A stretch of DNA of 63,213 nucleotides, counting the filler, from Octopus bimaculoides (taxonomy: Eukaryota): NCBI RefSeq assembly GCF_001194135.2. It is 4 parts of 3 records of this genome, joined end to end, with 100 filler letters (N's around TTAATTAATTAA, not from the genome) between each part and the next. Parts side by side here need not be neighbours in the genome. Positions count along the whole stretch, not along the records: positions 1 to 20,719 come from NC_068999.1; 3 more parts are not named here. The stretch is one strand, 5' to 3'. The notes beneath the pieces were generated by a model that was given only the letters and a program-made list of their open reading frames with translations, was not told the origin of the DNA and made no database searches. How positions within the stretch are numbered: the first letter of the stretch is position 1; every line of letters begins with the position of its first letter. Shown here piece by piece: positions 1 through 11,966 of the stretch. The position numbers were made by a program, and so were the translations under genes.

Positions 1-48
<48 letters not shown>

Positions 49-68
49 CATACATACATACATACATA

Positions 69-859
69 CAGGGTGGGTGAAAGTAAGTTGGCATTAAAAA
101 TTGGTAATAAAATCCATATTCCTTTTAGAAATGATGCATGTTCTTTATTACATGGGAAAACGAAAGTAAATCTTCATGTTTCAACGTAAGCACCGGTAAC
201 ATCAACCAGTTTCCTCAAACGGCCAGGGATGGAATGAACAATTTTCTGAAGGACATCGTCTGGGATGTCATTGAGAACCTTCTGAATCCGTGTTTCCCAG
301 TCTCCAAGGTTTTGTCTTGTACACCTCTTTTGTTTAACTCCACAGGTAAAAATCACATGGAGCGAGATCTAGACTTCTGTGGTCACAATCTTCAGGTTTT
401 AGCTCCTGCGTGTAATGGGGTTTCCATGAGCTGCATGACCTGTTGATTTTTGCAGGTTGCAATTAAACATTTCCTGCACTGTTGGCACATTCTCTGCTGA
501 TCGGGACATGGTTGGACGGCCACTTCTTCTTGCATCATTCACAGAGCCCGTGGTCTTCAGCTTTGCATGACCACTTTTTATTGTCTCTGGATGTAGTGTT
601 GCATGCTTACCTTTCCATGCACGCCACCATCTCTGAACCAAAACAATGGAATTCCACACTTCATAGCGTGCTGCTATCTTAGCTCACTCCTGAACAGTCA
701 AGTGACCAGGCATCTGGAAAACAAGAAATAAGAAATAAGACAATATGAAAATAAAAAAATCCCCATTAGTGTTGTCTGTTTAAAAAATGCTTTCGTCATA
801 TTTTCACTGATACTAAAAATTCTATACGCAATCTAATGCCTAGTTACTTTCCACCCACT

Positions 860-864
<5 letters not shown>
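69..864 (-). mobile_element. Internally deleted Tc1/mariner-superfamily DNA transposon with both TIRs
   Basis: TIRs cagggtgggtgaaagtaa (69-86) and ttactttccacccactctctg (844-864), preceded by TA. The minus-strand ORF 399-659 (VQRWWR..TGSVNDARRSGRP) resembles a Tc1-like N-terminal HTH, and ORF 174-356 (RIQKVLNDIPDDVLQKIVHSIPGRL) resembles the C-terminus. The DDE core is absent. Confidence 0.75.
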
Positions 865-904
<40 letters not shown>

Positions 905-1290
905 CATTTTACTCGTGGCAAGCGTTATTAAGAGTTCTATTGATCGAAAGCAGTAATGGAGATACCGACACACAAGATAAAGTTAATAGCTTCATGAATT
1001 AATAATACTCTAATAATTAATAATACTCTAGTACAATGACTTAGCCAAATGATTATGTATATATAAAAACAACAAGATAAAGAAAAACACCATGTGTTGT
1101 TGAAAGGCCTCAAACATATCTGCTTCTTGTGAACTGCAGCAGAGAGAGAGAGAGTGCAAAAGAGAGGCTGATAAAACATTTATTGGTCACCCAAAGGTGA
1201 AGCAAAGCAGTTAGGCAGTGAGTGGTTTAACGTTCTAATCTGAGCAGTTTTATATATTGATTGATTTCTCCTGAGTCATACCATATCTAA

Positions 1291-1321
<31 letters not shown>

Positions 1322-1570
1322 GCTCCAGGTCAGTTGGGGTGATAAAGTTGACGTGTGAGCGAAGGCTTTTTTCCAGCCGTGATCATCCTTCATGTGTGAT
1401 TGTGTATATTTGTGCTGTGCGTGCATGTTTGTGTATATATGTGTACACATATTGACATAACTTATAAATACTTGTGAGCTGTTGCATGGCTCTGAGTACT
1501 CATGACTGTCTTATGTAGAACTCTGAGTAACGGTTTGTGAGGTTTGTTTCCAGCTTCAATGAAATAGCAT

Positions 1571-1760
1571 TCTGGGTTTAGTTCCACTGCATGGTACCTT
1601 GGGAATTATAACCCTAGACCAGCCAAAGCCTTGTGAATAGATTTGGCAGATGAAAACCGATAGGTTTGTGTGTCTGTGTTTGTGCTTGTGTGTGTGTTCG
1701 TTTGTTTGTTTGTGTGTGTGTGTGTTTGTGTGTGTTTGTGTGTGTTTGTTTGTGTGTGTG

Positions 1761-1793
<33 letters not shown>

Positions 1794-2288
1794 TTGTGTG
1801 TGTGTGTTTTATGTGTTTGTGTGTTTGTTTGTTTGTGTGTGTGTGTTTTGTGCATGTGTGTGTGTGTGTGTTTATTCCCCACCTCTGTATGACAACTTGT
1901 CAATTTGTGTTTGTGTGTGTGTGTGCTTGTGTATGTGTGTGTGTGTGTGTGTGTGTGTTTACGTGTGTGTGTGTTTATTCCCCACCTCTGTATGACCACT
2001 TGTCAATTTGTGTTTGTGTTTTTGTTTGTGTGTGTGTGTGCTTGTGTATGTGTGTGTGTGTGTGTGTGTTTACGTGTGTTTGTGTTTATTCCCCACCTCT
2101 GTACGACAACTTGTGTCGATTTGTTTACTTTCTCACAACTTATCAGTTTGGCGTAAGAGACCACCAGAATAGGTGCCAGGCTTAAGTAACTAAGTACTGG
2201 GTGGGTGAATCCATTTGATTAAAACCGTTCATGGCCATTCCCAGCACGACTGTAGTTCAATGACTGAGAAGATTAAAAGATAAAAAGA
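1571..2288 (+). mobile_element. SINE family A copy (decayed) with expanded internal (TG)n and triplicated segment
   Basis: Matches the other family A copies in the window (ccaaagccttgtga..gatttgg; tail caatgactga..aaaaga). Confidence 0.7.
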
Positions 2289-2493
2289 TATCTAGTAGTG
2301 CCCTTTCTTGACCTAATCTTAAGTTCACAAACATTCTGACTCCTACCATAATTCCAACAAAAACTTACGTCCTCTCCATGGGTCCTTAAGCCATTCACTC
2401 TCAATAGAGAATAGTAATATTAAAAACTTATTAGTTTGGTTAGCAGAAAGATTAGAAACTATCTTCCAAAATCATACTAAAAATACATATACA

Positions 2494-2766
2494 GGTGTAG
2501 GCATGGCCGTGTGGTAAGAAGCTTGCTGCCCGACCACATGGTTCCAGGTTCAGTCTCACTGCCTGGCACTTTCGGCAAGTGTCTTCTATATTCTTGGGCT
2601 GACCAAAGTCTTGGGAGTCGATTTGGTAGATGGAAACTGATAGAAGTCTGTCATATATATATATATNNNNNNNNNNNNNNNNNNNNNNNNNNNNNNNNNN
2701 NNNNNNNNNNNNNNNNNNNNNNNNNNNNNNNNNNNNNNNNNNNNNNNNNNNNNNNNNNNNNNNNNN

Positions 2767-2800
<34 letters not shown>

Positions 2801-2870
2801 GTATGTATTTGTTGCCCCACCATCGCTTGACAACTGATGTTGGTGTGTTTATGTACCCGTAACTTAGCAG
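2494..2870 (+). mobile_element. SINE family A (tRNA-derived head, CORE-like accttgggcaagtg segment, internal microsatellite)
   Basis: A-box-like tggccgtgtgg and B-box-like ggttcagtctc; homologous to 17661-18233 and 42579-42977. A gap lies in the internal (TA)n. Confidence 0.85.
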
Positions 2871-3599
2871 TTTTATAGGACAGAGGGACTCGTTTGGCTA
2901 CTATTTAATCTTGTCTCCTGCTTTTCCTCTTTGGAGGACACTTTTTGAAAAGAATCAACAACTCCAATAATGCTAGTTTGTGAGAAATGTCTTTGTGAAC
3001 GATCTTTTTATATGGTATAGAAGACAGCAGGGTGAAACAGGTGTCTACTTTTAGACAGTGTTGTAGTTTATAATTGATTTTATGATTATATTGTTGGGAA
3101 TTCCCTGTGAAGTTCTAATTGTGTTTTAAGCCAGATATCTTGAATTTTTGAACCTGAGAATCCTGGCCAAAAGGGTTGGAGAGTGTGTGAGTGTATAAGG
3201 AATGATAAAAAAAAAAAAGTATAAATGATATGTAAGAGTGCCTGCCAGTAAATTAGTCTATACCTGCACATAAAGAAAAATATGCAGTCTATTGAGATAT
3301 TTTCTATTGAATAACAGGTGCTTTTCGAAGAATATTTACTCATACTTGGTGTTTAAGTGTGTGTCTGTGTGAATATTTAAGCATGTAGGTGTATGTATGT
3401 ATGTGTGTGTGTGTGTGCATACATCTGTACATGTGTGTGTGTTTAAATATGTAGGTGTGCGTGTTTAAACGAGTGAATTTAGTAGACAAAAACTGAAAGA
3501 GGCCTGTCGTGTGTGTGTGTGTGTGTGTGTGATTCCATTTCCTTGCGTTGACATAACCTGATAGTTGTGAATGAGTCACCATCATACAAGCAGTAATAT

Positions 3600-3750
3600 T
3601 CTGTGAAAATACATTTGGTCTGGCCATGGGGGAATAGGAATCTTACTTGGAAGTAGGTGAGGGTTAGCAACGGGAAAGGCATCAAGCCATAGGAAATTTG
3701 CCTTGGCAAATTCCATCCAACCCATGCAAGCATGGGAACATAGATGTTAA
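3600..3750 (+). mobile_element. SINE/LINE-tail family D fragment
   Basis: Shares ggaaaggcatc..ccaacccatgcaagcatgg..gttaaa with 5441-5665 and, inverted, with 15575-15720. Confidence 0.6.
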
Positions 3751-4283
3751 AATAACATACTCTGACTTCATCTAAGTCACAGCAAATCTGTTATTTGAAG
3801 TAGAAAGTTTGTGGTTGGAGCGACATGGAATGAAGCGTTTTGCTCCAGAACACAACACCCTGCTTGATGTACTTTTTAATTTATTTATACTAGCTGATTA
3901 CTAATTCAGATCTTTATTAGCTTTTTCTTGCTCTAATTCCTTTATTAGTAATGTTTACCCTTACCTAGTCAAACCTGACTGAGGAAACTGTTGTTCAGTT
4001 ATGCAATCCACAAGCAACCTGTTTTTGATCCAGACATAATACATCTAGGACTACATTATCCAATGCAATTTGAAGATAGATTTGACTGCTATTTCCAGCA
4101 AGCTAAGTGACTGTGCAGAGGCTCCCTTAAGTTGCAACAAACCAATTGAGAGGTTATGCAGAGAGATACTTTGTTGGAAGGATTGGCTCATAATTGGCCA
4201 GTTCTTCGTGTTTCCTGATGCATGTCTTGTCTGTTATGTTGCCTGGTTCTGTGTTCTGTAGCGGCTTTTCCTTTCTTTTCTAG

Positions 4284-4375
4284 AAACGGTTGCAGAAAGA
4301 ACTTCAATCACTAACAAAAGATCCTCCTCCAGGATTGTGTGTAGATATCAAAAGCATTGCTAAAAGCATGTCCGA
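4284..4375 (+). CDS. UBE2W: Ubiquitin-conjugating enzyme E2 W, internal coding exon (KRLQKELQSLTKDPPPGLCVDIKSIAKSMS-E)
   Basis: Acceptor ttttctag at 4283, donor gtaagt at 4376; 92 nt; typical E2 helix 1 KRLQKEL..DPPPG; the frame joins the next exon (ga|a = Glu). Confidence 0.95.
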
Positions 4376-4475
4376 GTAAGTATTTAATGTTTGTCTCTTT
4401 TTTTTTAAATGTTCTTTTGATTTTTTTTTTCTCTTTTTTTAGTAGGCGTAGGAGTGGCTGTGTGGTAAGTAGCTT

Positions 4476-4825
4476 GCACTGTGTGTGTCGAGTATGCACT
4501 CTGTGTGTCGAGTGTGCACTCTGTGTGTCGAGTATGCACTCTGTATGTCGAGTGTGCACTCTGTATGTCGAGTGTGCACTCTGCATGTCGAGTGTGCACT
4601 CTGCGTGTCGAGTGTGCGCTCTGCGTGTCGAGTGTGCGCTCTGCGTGTCGAGTGTGCGCTCTGCGTGTCGAGTGTGCGCTCTGCGTGTCGAGTGTGTGCG
4701 CTCTGCGTGCCGAGTGTGTGCGCTCTGCGTGCCGAGTGTGTGCGCTCTGCGTGCCGAGTGTGTGCGCTCTGCGTGCCGAGTGTGTGCGCTCTGCATGTCG
4801 AGTGTGCACTCTGTGTGTTGAGTAT
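4476..4825. repeat. Minisatellite, 17 units of 20-22 bp (gc[a/g]ctctg[c/t][g/a]tg[t/c]cgagt[g/a]t)
   Basis: Units counted directly. It follows a truncated family A SINE head (4445-4478) in the UBE2W intron. Confidence 0.95.
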
Positions 4826-5086
4826 ATAAATAAATTGGCAGCTGGTTTCTCTGGAATTAGTCCATTGTTGTAGACACCTCTGATGAGAATCCAGTAAGTT
4901 GTCCGTTTTTTTTTTTTTTCAGTCTTCAGAGAAATAGCTTAATAACCCCTGTTTATAAACCTACATAGGTTACATATATACTGTTAATTGTCTATTTTAT
5001 TGATGTATATAGGTTAACTGGTTTTACACGAACTTGCCCTTTACTTTTTAATTCACTTGTCTGAAAGATTCTGCTTTCCTTTTCAG

Positions 5087-5189
5087 ATGGATTGTCGATT
5101 TGGATGGTGCATCTGGCACATTGTACGGTGGTGAGAGCTTCAAACTCTGTTTTAAGTTTGGTCCTCGTTATCCATTCGAGTCTCCTCAG
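5087..5189 (+). CDS. UBE2W: UBE2W coding exon (WIVDLDGASGTLYGGESFKLCFKFGPRYPFESPQ)
   Basis: Acceptor ctttcag at 5086, donor gtaggt at 5190; 103 nt; canonical E2 motif GxxGTxYxG...YPFxSP. Confidence 0.96.
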
Positions 5190-5440
5190 GTAGGTTTCGT
5201 TTAACCTTTCCGTGACCATCTTCCTAATGAAAGATGTAAACGCCCTGTTTTGGGTTTTAATTAATTTTTGAAAATAATCAGGAATTCAGAAGAGTATAAG
5301 AAAATAACGACCATTTTGTTATGTTTAAGCTGGTGTTTGTATCCTAAGAAAAGAGACGGTTGGATAAATTTGTGGATGGTGTGGTATTACCTGAAATATG
5401 AATACTGCACCATTTGAGTGTGATTGTTACCAGTGTTGCC

Positions 5441-5624
5441 TTACTGGCCCTTGTGTCGGTGGCATGTAAAAGCACCCACTACACTCTCTGAGTGGTTGGC
5501 GTTAGGAAGAGCATCCAGCTGTAGAAACTCTGCCAGATCAGACTGGAGCCTGGTGTAGCCATCTTGTTTCACCAGTCCTCAGTCAAATCGCCCAACCCAT
5601 GCTAGCATGTAAAGCGGACGTTAA

Positions 5625-5655
<31 letters not shown>

Positions 5656-5665
5656 TGATGATGAT
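5441..5665 (+). mobile_element. SINE family D (ggttggcgttaggaag.gcatccagc motif, (GAC/GAT)n tail); resembles an RTE/Ceph-type segment
   Basis: Several copies in the window (3600, 11060-11230, inverted at 15575); simple-repeat tail. The family affinity is from recall. Confidence 0.7.
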
Positions 5666-6957
5666 GAATGCTCTTGTTGCCAACAATCACCTGTTTGCAA
5701 GTAGGGTAATATTTCCTCATGGCCAGACATGNNNNNNNNNNNNNNNNNNNNNNNNNNNNNNNNNNNNNNNNNNNNNNNNNNNNNNNNNNNNNNNNNNNNN
5801 NNNNNNNNNNNNNNNNNNNNNNNNNNNNNNNNNNNNNNNNNNNNNNNNNNNNNNNNNNNNNNNNNNNNNNNNNNNNNNNNNNNNNNNNNNNNNNNNNNNN
5901 NNNNNNNNNNNNNNNNNNNNNNNNNNNNNNNNNNNNNNNNNNNNNNNNNNNNNNNNNNNNNNNNNNNNNNNNNNNNNNNNNNNNNNNNNNNNNNNNNNNN
6001 NNNNNNNNNNNNNNNNNNNNNNNNNNNNNNNNNNNNNNNNNNNNNNNNNNNNNNNNNNNNNNNNNNNNNNNNNNNNNNNNNNNNNNNNNNNNNNNNNNNN
6101 NNNNNNNNNNNNNNNNNNNNNNNNNNNNNNNNNNNNNNNNNNNNNNNNNNNNNNNNNNNNNNNNNNNNNNNNNNNNNNNNNNNNNNNNNNNNNNNNNNNN
6201 NNNNNNNNNNNNNNNNNNNNNNNNNNNNNNNNNNNNNNNNNNNNNNNNNNNNNNNNNNNNNNNNNNNNNNNNNNNNNNNNNNNNNNNNNNNNNNNNNNNN
6301 NNNNNNNNNNNNNNNNNNTTTTAGTGTTAAGTCTAGTGTTACGTTCAGTTACACTTTAGTGTCGAAGTGTTTTGCTATTAACAATTAGCGTTTCATTTGA
6401 GTTAATTTTCCAAAAATTGCTAACCACCTTTTTTTTCCCTTTTTATCATTTACTTGTTTCAGTCGTTTCATTGTGGCCATGCTGGAGCACTGCTTTGAAG
6501 AGTTAAAAGCTGTTTTGTACTTTTCATAAAAATAGCTTTTTTCTTTTTTTTCCTACCTGGCCCTAGATTTCATTGTTGCAAAGGAGTTTAATTAGATTTT
6601 AAATTGAGAATGAGAAGAAGCAGATTGGCCAGACATCTTTTTATTTTCTTATTCTTTTACTAGTTTCAATCATTTGACTGTGGCTATGCTGGGGCTCCAC
6701 CTTGAAGGGTTAAAAACTAGGGGCCATGTAAAAAAAAAAAAAAAAGCTATTTTTATAAACAGTACAAAAGTAGTGGTCATTAGATTTTCCATCTGCATTT
6801 CCAAGCGTGACCAACTCAGACCAGATATTACCCAATCATCTCTCGGCCTCCCACCATTTAGTATCAAGAGGGTTAATTTACACATTTTTACACACTCACG
6901 CACACCTCCAAAACTCGTCTAAATTGCTAATTGCTGCCAATGTTCTTTCCATTGCAG

Positions 6958-7113
6958 GTGACCTTTATAGGTAACAACATACCTGTTCACCCACACGTTT
7001 ACAGCAACGGTCACATTTGTCTTTCAATATTATCTGATGACTGGTCTCCAGCCCTGTCTGTACAGTCAATCTGCCTTAGCATTATCAGTATGCTCTCCAG
7101 CTGCCGAGAAAAG
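6958..7113 (+). CDS. UBE2W: UBE2W catalytic exon (VTFIGNNIPVHPHVYSNGHICLSILSDDWSPALSVQSICLSIISMLSSCREK)
   Basis: Acceptor ttgcag at 6957, donor gtaaga at 7114; 156 nt, phase 0. HPH in place of the usual HPN before the catalytic Cys is characteristic of UBE2W. Confidence 0.98.
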
Positions 7114-7461
7114 GTAAGAACTCACTGTAATTTTGCAAATATCTCTCCTGGAACAAACAACTGCTATTCTCCCAATAACAACACAAAAATTCTTTGACGG
7201 TCTTATTCAAAACCTCATGTTTCTTGTCTCTTCTATGACCATACACTTGTCCAAATTTACCAATTTTATTCTTGAATTTCAGAATCTATTGTAATGTAGT
7301 TGTTCAACTTGAGATCAAACTCTGATTTATCGAACTTTGATCAAAACGCATAAACCATCACATCTCTTCTCAAAGATCATGCATCTTAGATTTATAATTT
7401 ATAAAAGTATTTTTATGAAACCAAACATTTTAATATAAATCTCTTTTTTGTGTTTATTCAG

Positions 7462-7537
7462 AAACGTCCCCCAGACAATGGTTTTTATGTAAAAACAGCA
7501 CACAAAAATCCCAAAAAGACCAAATGGTGGTATCATG
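7462..7537 (+). CDS. UBE2W: UBE2W coding exon (KRPPDNGFYVKTAHKNPKKTKWWYH)
   Basis: Acceptor ttattcag at 7461, donor gtacgt at 7538; 76 nt; UBE2W-specific C-terminal NPKKTKWWYH. Confidence 0.97.
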
Positions 7538-7930
7538 GTACGTTACTAAATTCCTTTAATAATATTTAAAATTATATTTGTATTTTGTAAGTGTTATCTT
7601 TGCTTTCTCTGAACAAACAGTTTATTAGCAATGTCATCACTGATATAGATTGGAGTTGAATTTAGATAGCACCTGACATATTGGTTCTTTCAAAACAGTC
7701 TTCCCACTGCACTCTGCATGTTAGTGGAACGTCACTGAGGCAAGTGGAGAAGTTTAAGTATCTTGGGGCTGTATTTAAAAGTGATGGGAATCAGGAGGCT
7801 GATTTGGATGCTAGAATTCAGAATTGCTGCAGCATTTGATGTACTTTCTTGTACTTTAACATCAATAATAGATTTCAATTGTTTTAACTTAAAAAAAAAA
7901 ATAATTTTTTTTTTTTTCAATTCATTTCAG

Positions 7931-7944
7931 ATGATACAGTATGA
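7931..7944 (+). CDS. UBE2W: UBE2W last coding exon (DDTV-stop)
   Basis: Acceptor ttcatttcag at 7930; g|at gat aca gta tga gives the expected WWYHDDTx end. AATAAA at 8098-8103. Confidence 0.9.
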
Positions 7945-8883
7945 AAGTGGATTACCATTATTGTTATAAAAGCAAACACCCTAAATTGGCAGACAATGTT
8001 TGATCAAAGTAATAATCTGGTTATGTTCCAGACACTGAATATTATTACTATTGAAGATTCACAGAAAAAGAAGAAAAATAATATTAAAAAAAAAATGAAT
8101 AAAAAAAATTTAAAATAATAAAAAAAAATCTGGTTAACTAACAACCACAATTGCAGAACTATAAACCCCTAGAGTGCATCATTTTATCTTTTTCTTNNNN
8201 NNNNNNNNNNNNNNNNNNNNNNNNNNNNNNNNNNNNNNNNNNNNNNNNNNNNNNNNNNNNNNNNNNNNNNNNNNNNNNNNNNNNNNNNNNNNNNNNNNNN
8301 NNNNNNNNNNNNNNNNNNNNNNNNNNNNNNNNNNNNNNNNNNNNNNNNNNNNNNNNNNNNNNNNNNNNNNNNNNNNNNNNNNNNNNNNNNNNNNNNNNNN
8401 NNNNNNNNNNNNNNNNNNNNNNNNNNNNNNNNNNNNNNNNNNNNNNNNNNNNNNNNNNNNNNNNNNNNNNNNNNNNNNNNNNNNNNNNNNNNNNNNNNNN
8501 NNNNNNNNNNNNNNNNNNNNNNNNNNNNNNNNNNNNNNNNNNNNNNNNNNNNNNNNNNNNNNNNNNNNNNNNNNNNNNNNNNNNNNNNNNNNNNNNNNNN
8601 NNNNNNNNNNNNNNNNNNNNNNNNNNNNNNNNNNNNNNNNNNNNNNNNNNNNNNNNNNNNNNNNNNNNNNNNNNNNNNNNNNNNNNNNNNNNNNNNNNNN
8701 NNNNNNNNNNNNNNNNNNNNNNNNNNNNNNNNNNNNNNNNNNNNNNNNNNNNNNNNNNNNNNNNNNNNNNNNNNNNNNNNNNNNNNNNNNNNNNNNNNNN
8801 NNNNNNNNNNNNNNNNNNNNNNNNNAACCCTACTCCCTTAAAATTTCTGGCCTTTTGCCAAAATTTTAAATCCTTATTGTTAT

Positions 8884-9790
8884 GTGAGAATCATTAGCAT
8901 ATCGGACAAAATGCTAAGTGGCACCGCTTCTGGTTCTTTACTCTTTGAGCTCAAGTTTTGCAGAAGTCATTTTTGCCTTTCATCTTTTTTTTTGAGGTTG
9001 ATAAAATAAAGTACCAGCTCAACACTTACTGACTCATCTCCTCCCTAACATTGCTGGCCTTGTGCTAAAATTTAAAACCATAAATCTTATTATTAAGGCG
9101 GCGGCGAGGTGGCAGAATTGTTAGCACGCTGGACGAAATGCTTAATGGTATTTCGCTTGTTGCTACATTCTGAGTTCAAATTCCACCGAGGTCGACTTTG
9201 CCTTTCATCCTTTCGGGGGTCGATAAATTAATTACCAGTGAAACACTGGGGTCGATATAATCAGCTAGTCCCCATCCCCACAAATTTGAGGCATTGTGCC
9301 TCCAGTAGAAAGGATTATTATTATTTTTTAAGGTAGCAAGCTTGTAGAACCATTAAGGAGTTGGACAAAATGCTTAGCGGTATTTCGCTTGCTGCTACAT
9401 TCTGAGTTCAAACTCTGCTGAGGTCGACTTAGCCTTTCATCTATTCAGGCTCAATAAAATAAGTACCAGTTGAATACTGGGGTCGATGTAATCGATTTAC
9501 CCTCTCCCCTGAAATTGCTGGCCCTGTGCCAAAATTTGAAACCATTATTATTATTATTATGGTGACAGTAGGCTGACAGAAATGATTGCACACTAGAAAA
9601 ATATGCTTTGCTGGTATTTCTTCTGGTTTGGCTTTGAGCTCAAATTTCTTCGAGGTCAACTTTGCCCTTTAGGGTTGATAAAATAAAGTACCAGCTAAGC
9701 ACTGGGGTCCAGTGTTTACTGACTAACCAGCTCCCACAGAATTTCAGGCCTTGTGTCTATAGAAGAAAGACTACTATTCTTATTTCAGAA
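8884..9790 (+). mobile_element. Head-to-tail array of four SINE family B copies (each about 220 bp, (TTA)n tails)
   Basis: Four repeats of gagttcaaa..gaggtcgactt.gcctttcatc..gataaa.taagtaccag starting at about 8884, 9096, 9330 and 9560. Confidence 0.9.
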
Positions 9791-10413
9791 TTAACCTTTA
9801 AAAAAAAAAAAGAAAAAAAAATTAGTTCTGATTTTATTGTAAGACATTATTATTATTGAAAGACAGTTCTCTAGAACAATCTTATTATTATTATTATTAT
9901 TATTATTTTTTTCTGTTTTTCAACATTAGTCTCCTTCCGAGAGAGAATTTCTTGATTTTTGTTTTGTTTTGCTGGTTTTTCAAAGAAAATAAAATTTGTG
10001 CTAAAATGTTTAGATTTGAACTAGAAAACACAATGGAATATGTACAAATATAAAATTTAAATGAAGTGTGTGGGTGTGGGTGTGTGGGTGTGTGCTTCTT
10101 GAGTCAGGCCAATTTTGTTCGTTTTATTTATGGTAGCTGTTTTTAAATTAAAAAAAAAAATTTTTTTTTTTTACTTGACATTTCAATAGTTTGTTAGTTT
10201 GCATAGGTTCAATTCTGCGATGATGCCTTAGTATCATTCAATGGTTTTATGATTGCGCTAACACACACACACACGCACACATGGCTATACACGCATATAC
10301 AGACATATACTCAGGTATTCACGTATGCACACAGATATTCTCCCATACAAGCACTCACACATGCATGCAAATACGCACACATTTGCATGCAGACATGCAT
10401 GCATGTACGTACG

Positions 10414-10478
<65 letters not shown>

Positions 10479-11750
10479 AGTGCTAACGTATATTCAATTA
10501 ATCACTGATTTCTTTAAACAGTTATCTTCCTTGTGTATCTTCCATTTTACATAAAGTAATTTCTCTTTCGGTCATCTTCAAGTACCACAACCGCCATTAC
10601 TGTTTTGTTATTAAGTTAAATTTTTGTCTGAAAGGAGACGTTAAATTTTATTGCATTATTCTTTCTATTTTCATTTCTAAGGATAAAAATGTGGCCTTAT
10701 ACAGGTAGAAAATAGATGACATTATTCGATAGATTTAAGTGCAATAATATAGCTGTGTTTGTGTCTGTATATAAACATGTTTGTGTGTATATGTATATAT
10801 ATATATACAAACACACACACACACGTGTAATTTTAACATTCACTTTTCCATGCTTATTTGGAAGCAGTTCATTTGGGCCACTTTTCGATGGGTTGGGTGC
10901 TCATGCTGTCACCAACCCTCACCTGTTTCCAAACAAGTTAATGTTTCCTCATGGCTGAAAAATGTTTTCGTATAATATTGGAAATGAATAACCTGCATCT
11001 ACGTGTGTCTTTGTGTCCACTTGTCTCAATGTGGTGCAGCGCTTGTAAATGAGTGATACTTTTAAAACAAGTGATATCATTTGCTATCTTCCTTGGGAAT
11101 GTGTCCAGCCATTGCTGGGGGATATCATCTTGCTAGGGAACAGAGGAATGTTGGCAACAGGGAGGGCATCCAACTGGAGTGAAAATCTGTCACAACAAAT
11201 TTCATTGGTTCCATACAAGCATGAGAAAATTGAACAGTAAAAGGATAACGTGCGCACATGCACACACAATAACTTCGATCTTTTATACGTTAGCATACAG
11301 TAACATCATTATTTTACTATTTATATTTTATCAGATTTAAGATTATCAAATGAAGAGAGCACAATCTTTCAAAAGTTTTTTCTACAAAAATCATCAGTAT
11401 TGTGTGTATATATACACAAGTATGTATGTGTATATATATATATATATATATATGTGTGCGCGTGCATATATATATATGTATGTATGTAGTGTGTTTATAT
11501 GTATAAAATATAGTGTTTTTATTGTAGGGAGTTATTTACTAAACATGGTATCAACAATTTAAACTTAGAAACTGAAGAAAAATTTGTGATAGATTTGAGT
11601 TTCCATATCATTGCTTCGTTTAGTTTTGCCGAGAAATTTTCGGTGAAGCCTTAGTTGTAGATATTTGTTGTTTTGCTTCACTTTTCTAGTCATCAGTACT
11701 TCATTATTATTATTATTATTATTATTTTTTTTTTTTTCTAAATTCTTCTT

Positions 11751-11966
11751 TTAACCCTGTTAACCATGTTTTTAAGTTCTTCTTTAATCCTTTTAACCAT
11801 GTTCAGATTATTCACATTGTCTTGAATTCATCATGCATTATTCTGTAGCATCAAGATTTCGAGGGCATTGTAGGATAGGTGTGAGAGACCAGATTTGGCC
11901 AGTTTGAATGTAAAACAGGCAGGATACACAGACCAAATATGACCGGTTTAAATGCCGAAGGACTAA
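11751..11966. mobile_element. Probable TTAA-flanked MITE-like repeat
   Basis: Begins with ttaaccc. Its interior (gtgtgagag..gtttgaa..taaaaca) recurs inverted at about 15490-15565. Confidence 0.45.

Noticed and set aside
1556-2185. CV-, HT-, YI-, poly-V, poly-T and poly-I ORFs throughout the window
   Set aside because: Translations of di- and trinucleotide microsatellites; no coding signal.
865-4283. Search for the short first coding exon of UBE2W
   Set aside because: No convincing ATG-containing phase-0 exon with a good donor was found; it probably lies upstream of the window.
4476-4825. CRISPR-like appearance of the 20-22 bp array
   Set aside because: No unique spacers, no cas genes, and an animal intron context.
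6931-7197. ORF 6931-7197 as a stand-alone 88-aa gene
   Set aside because: Only 6958-7113 is exonic; the flanks are intron read-through.
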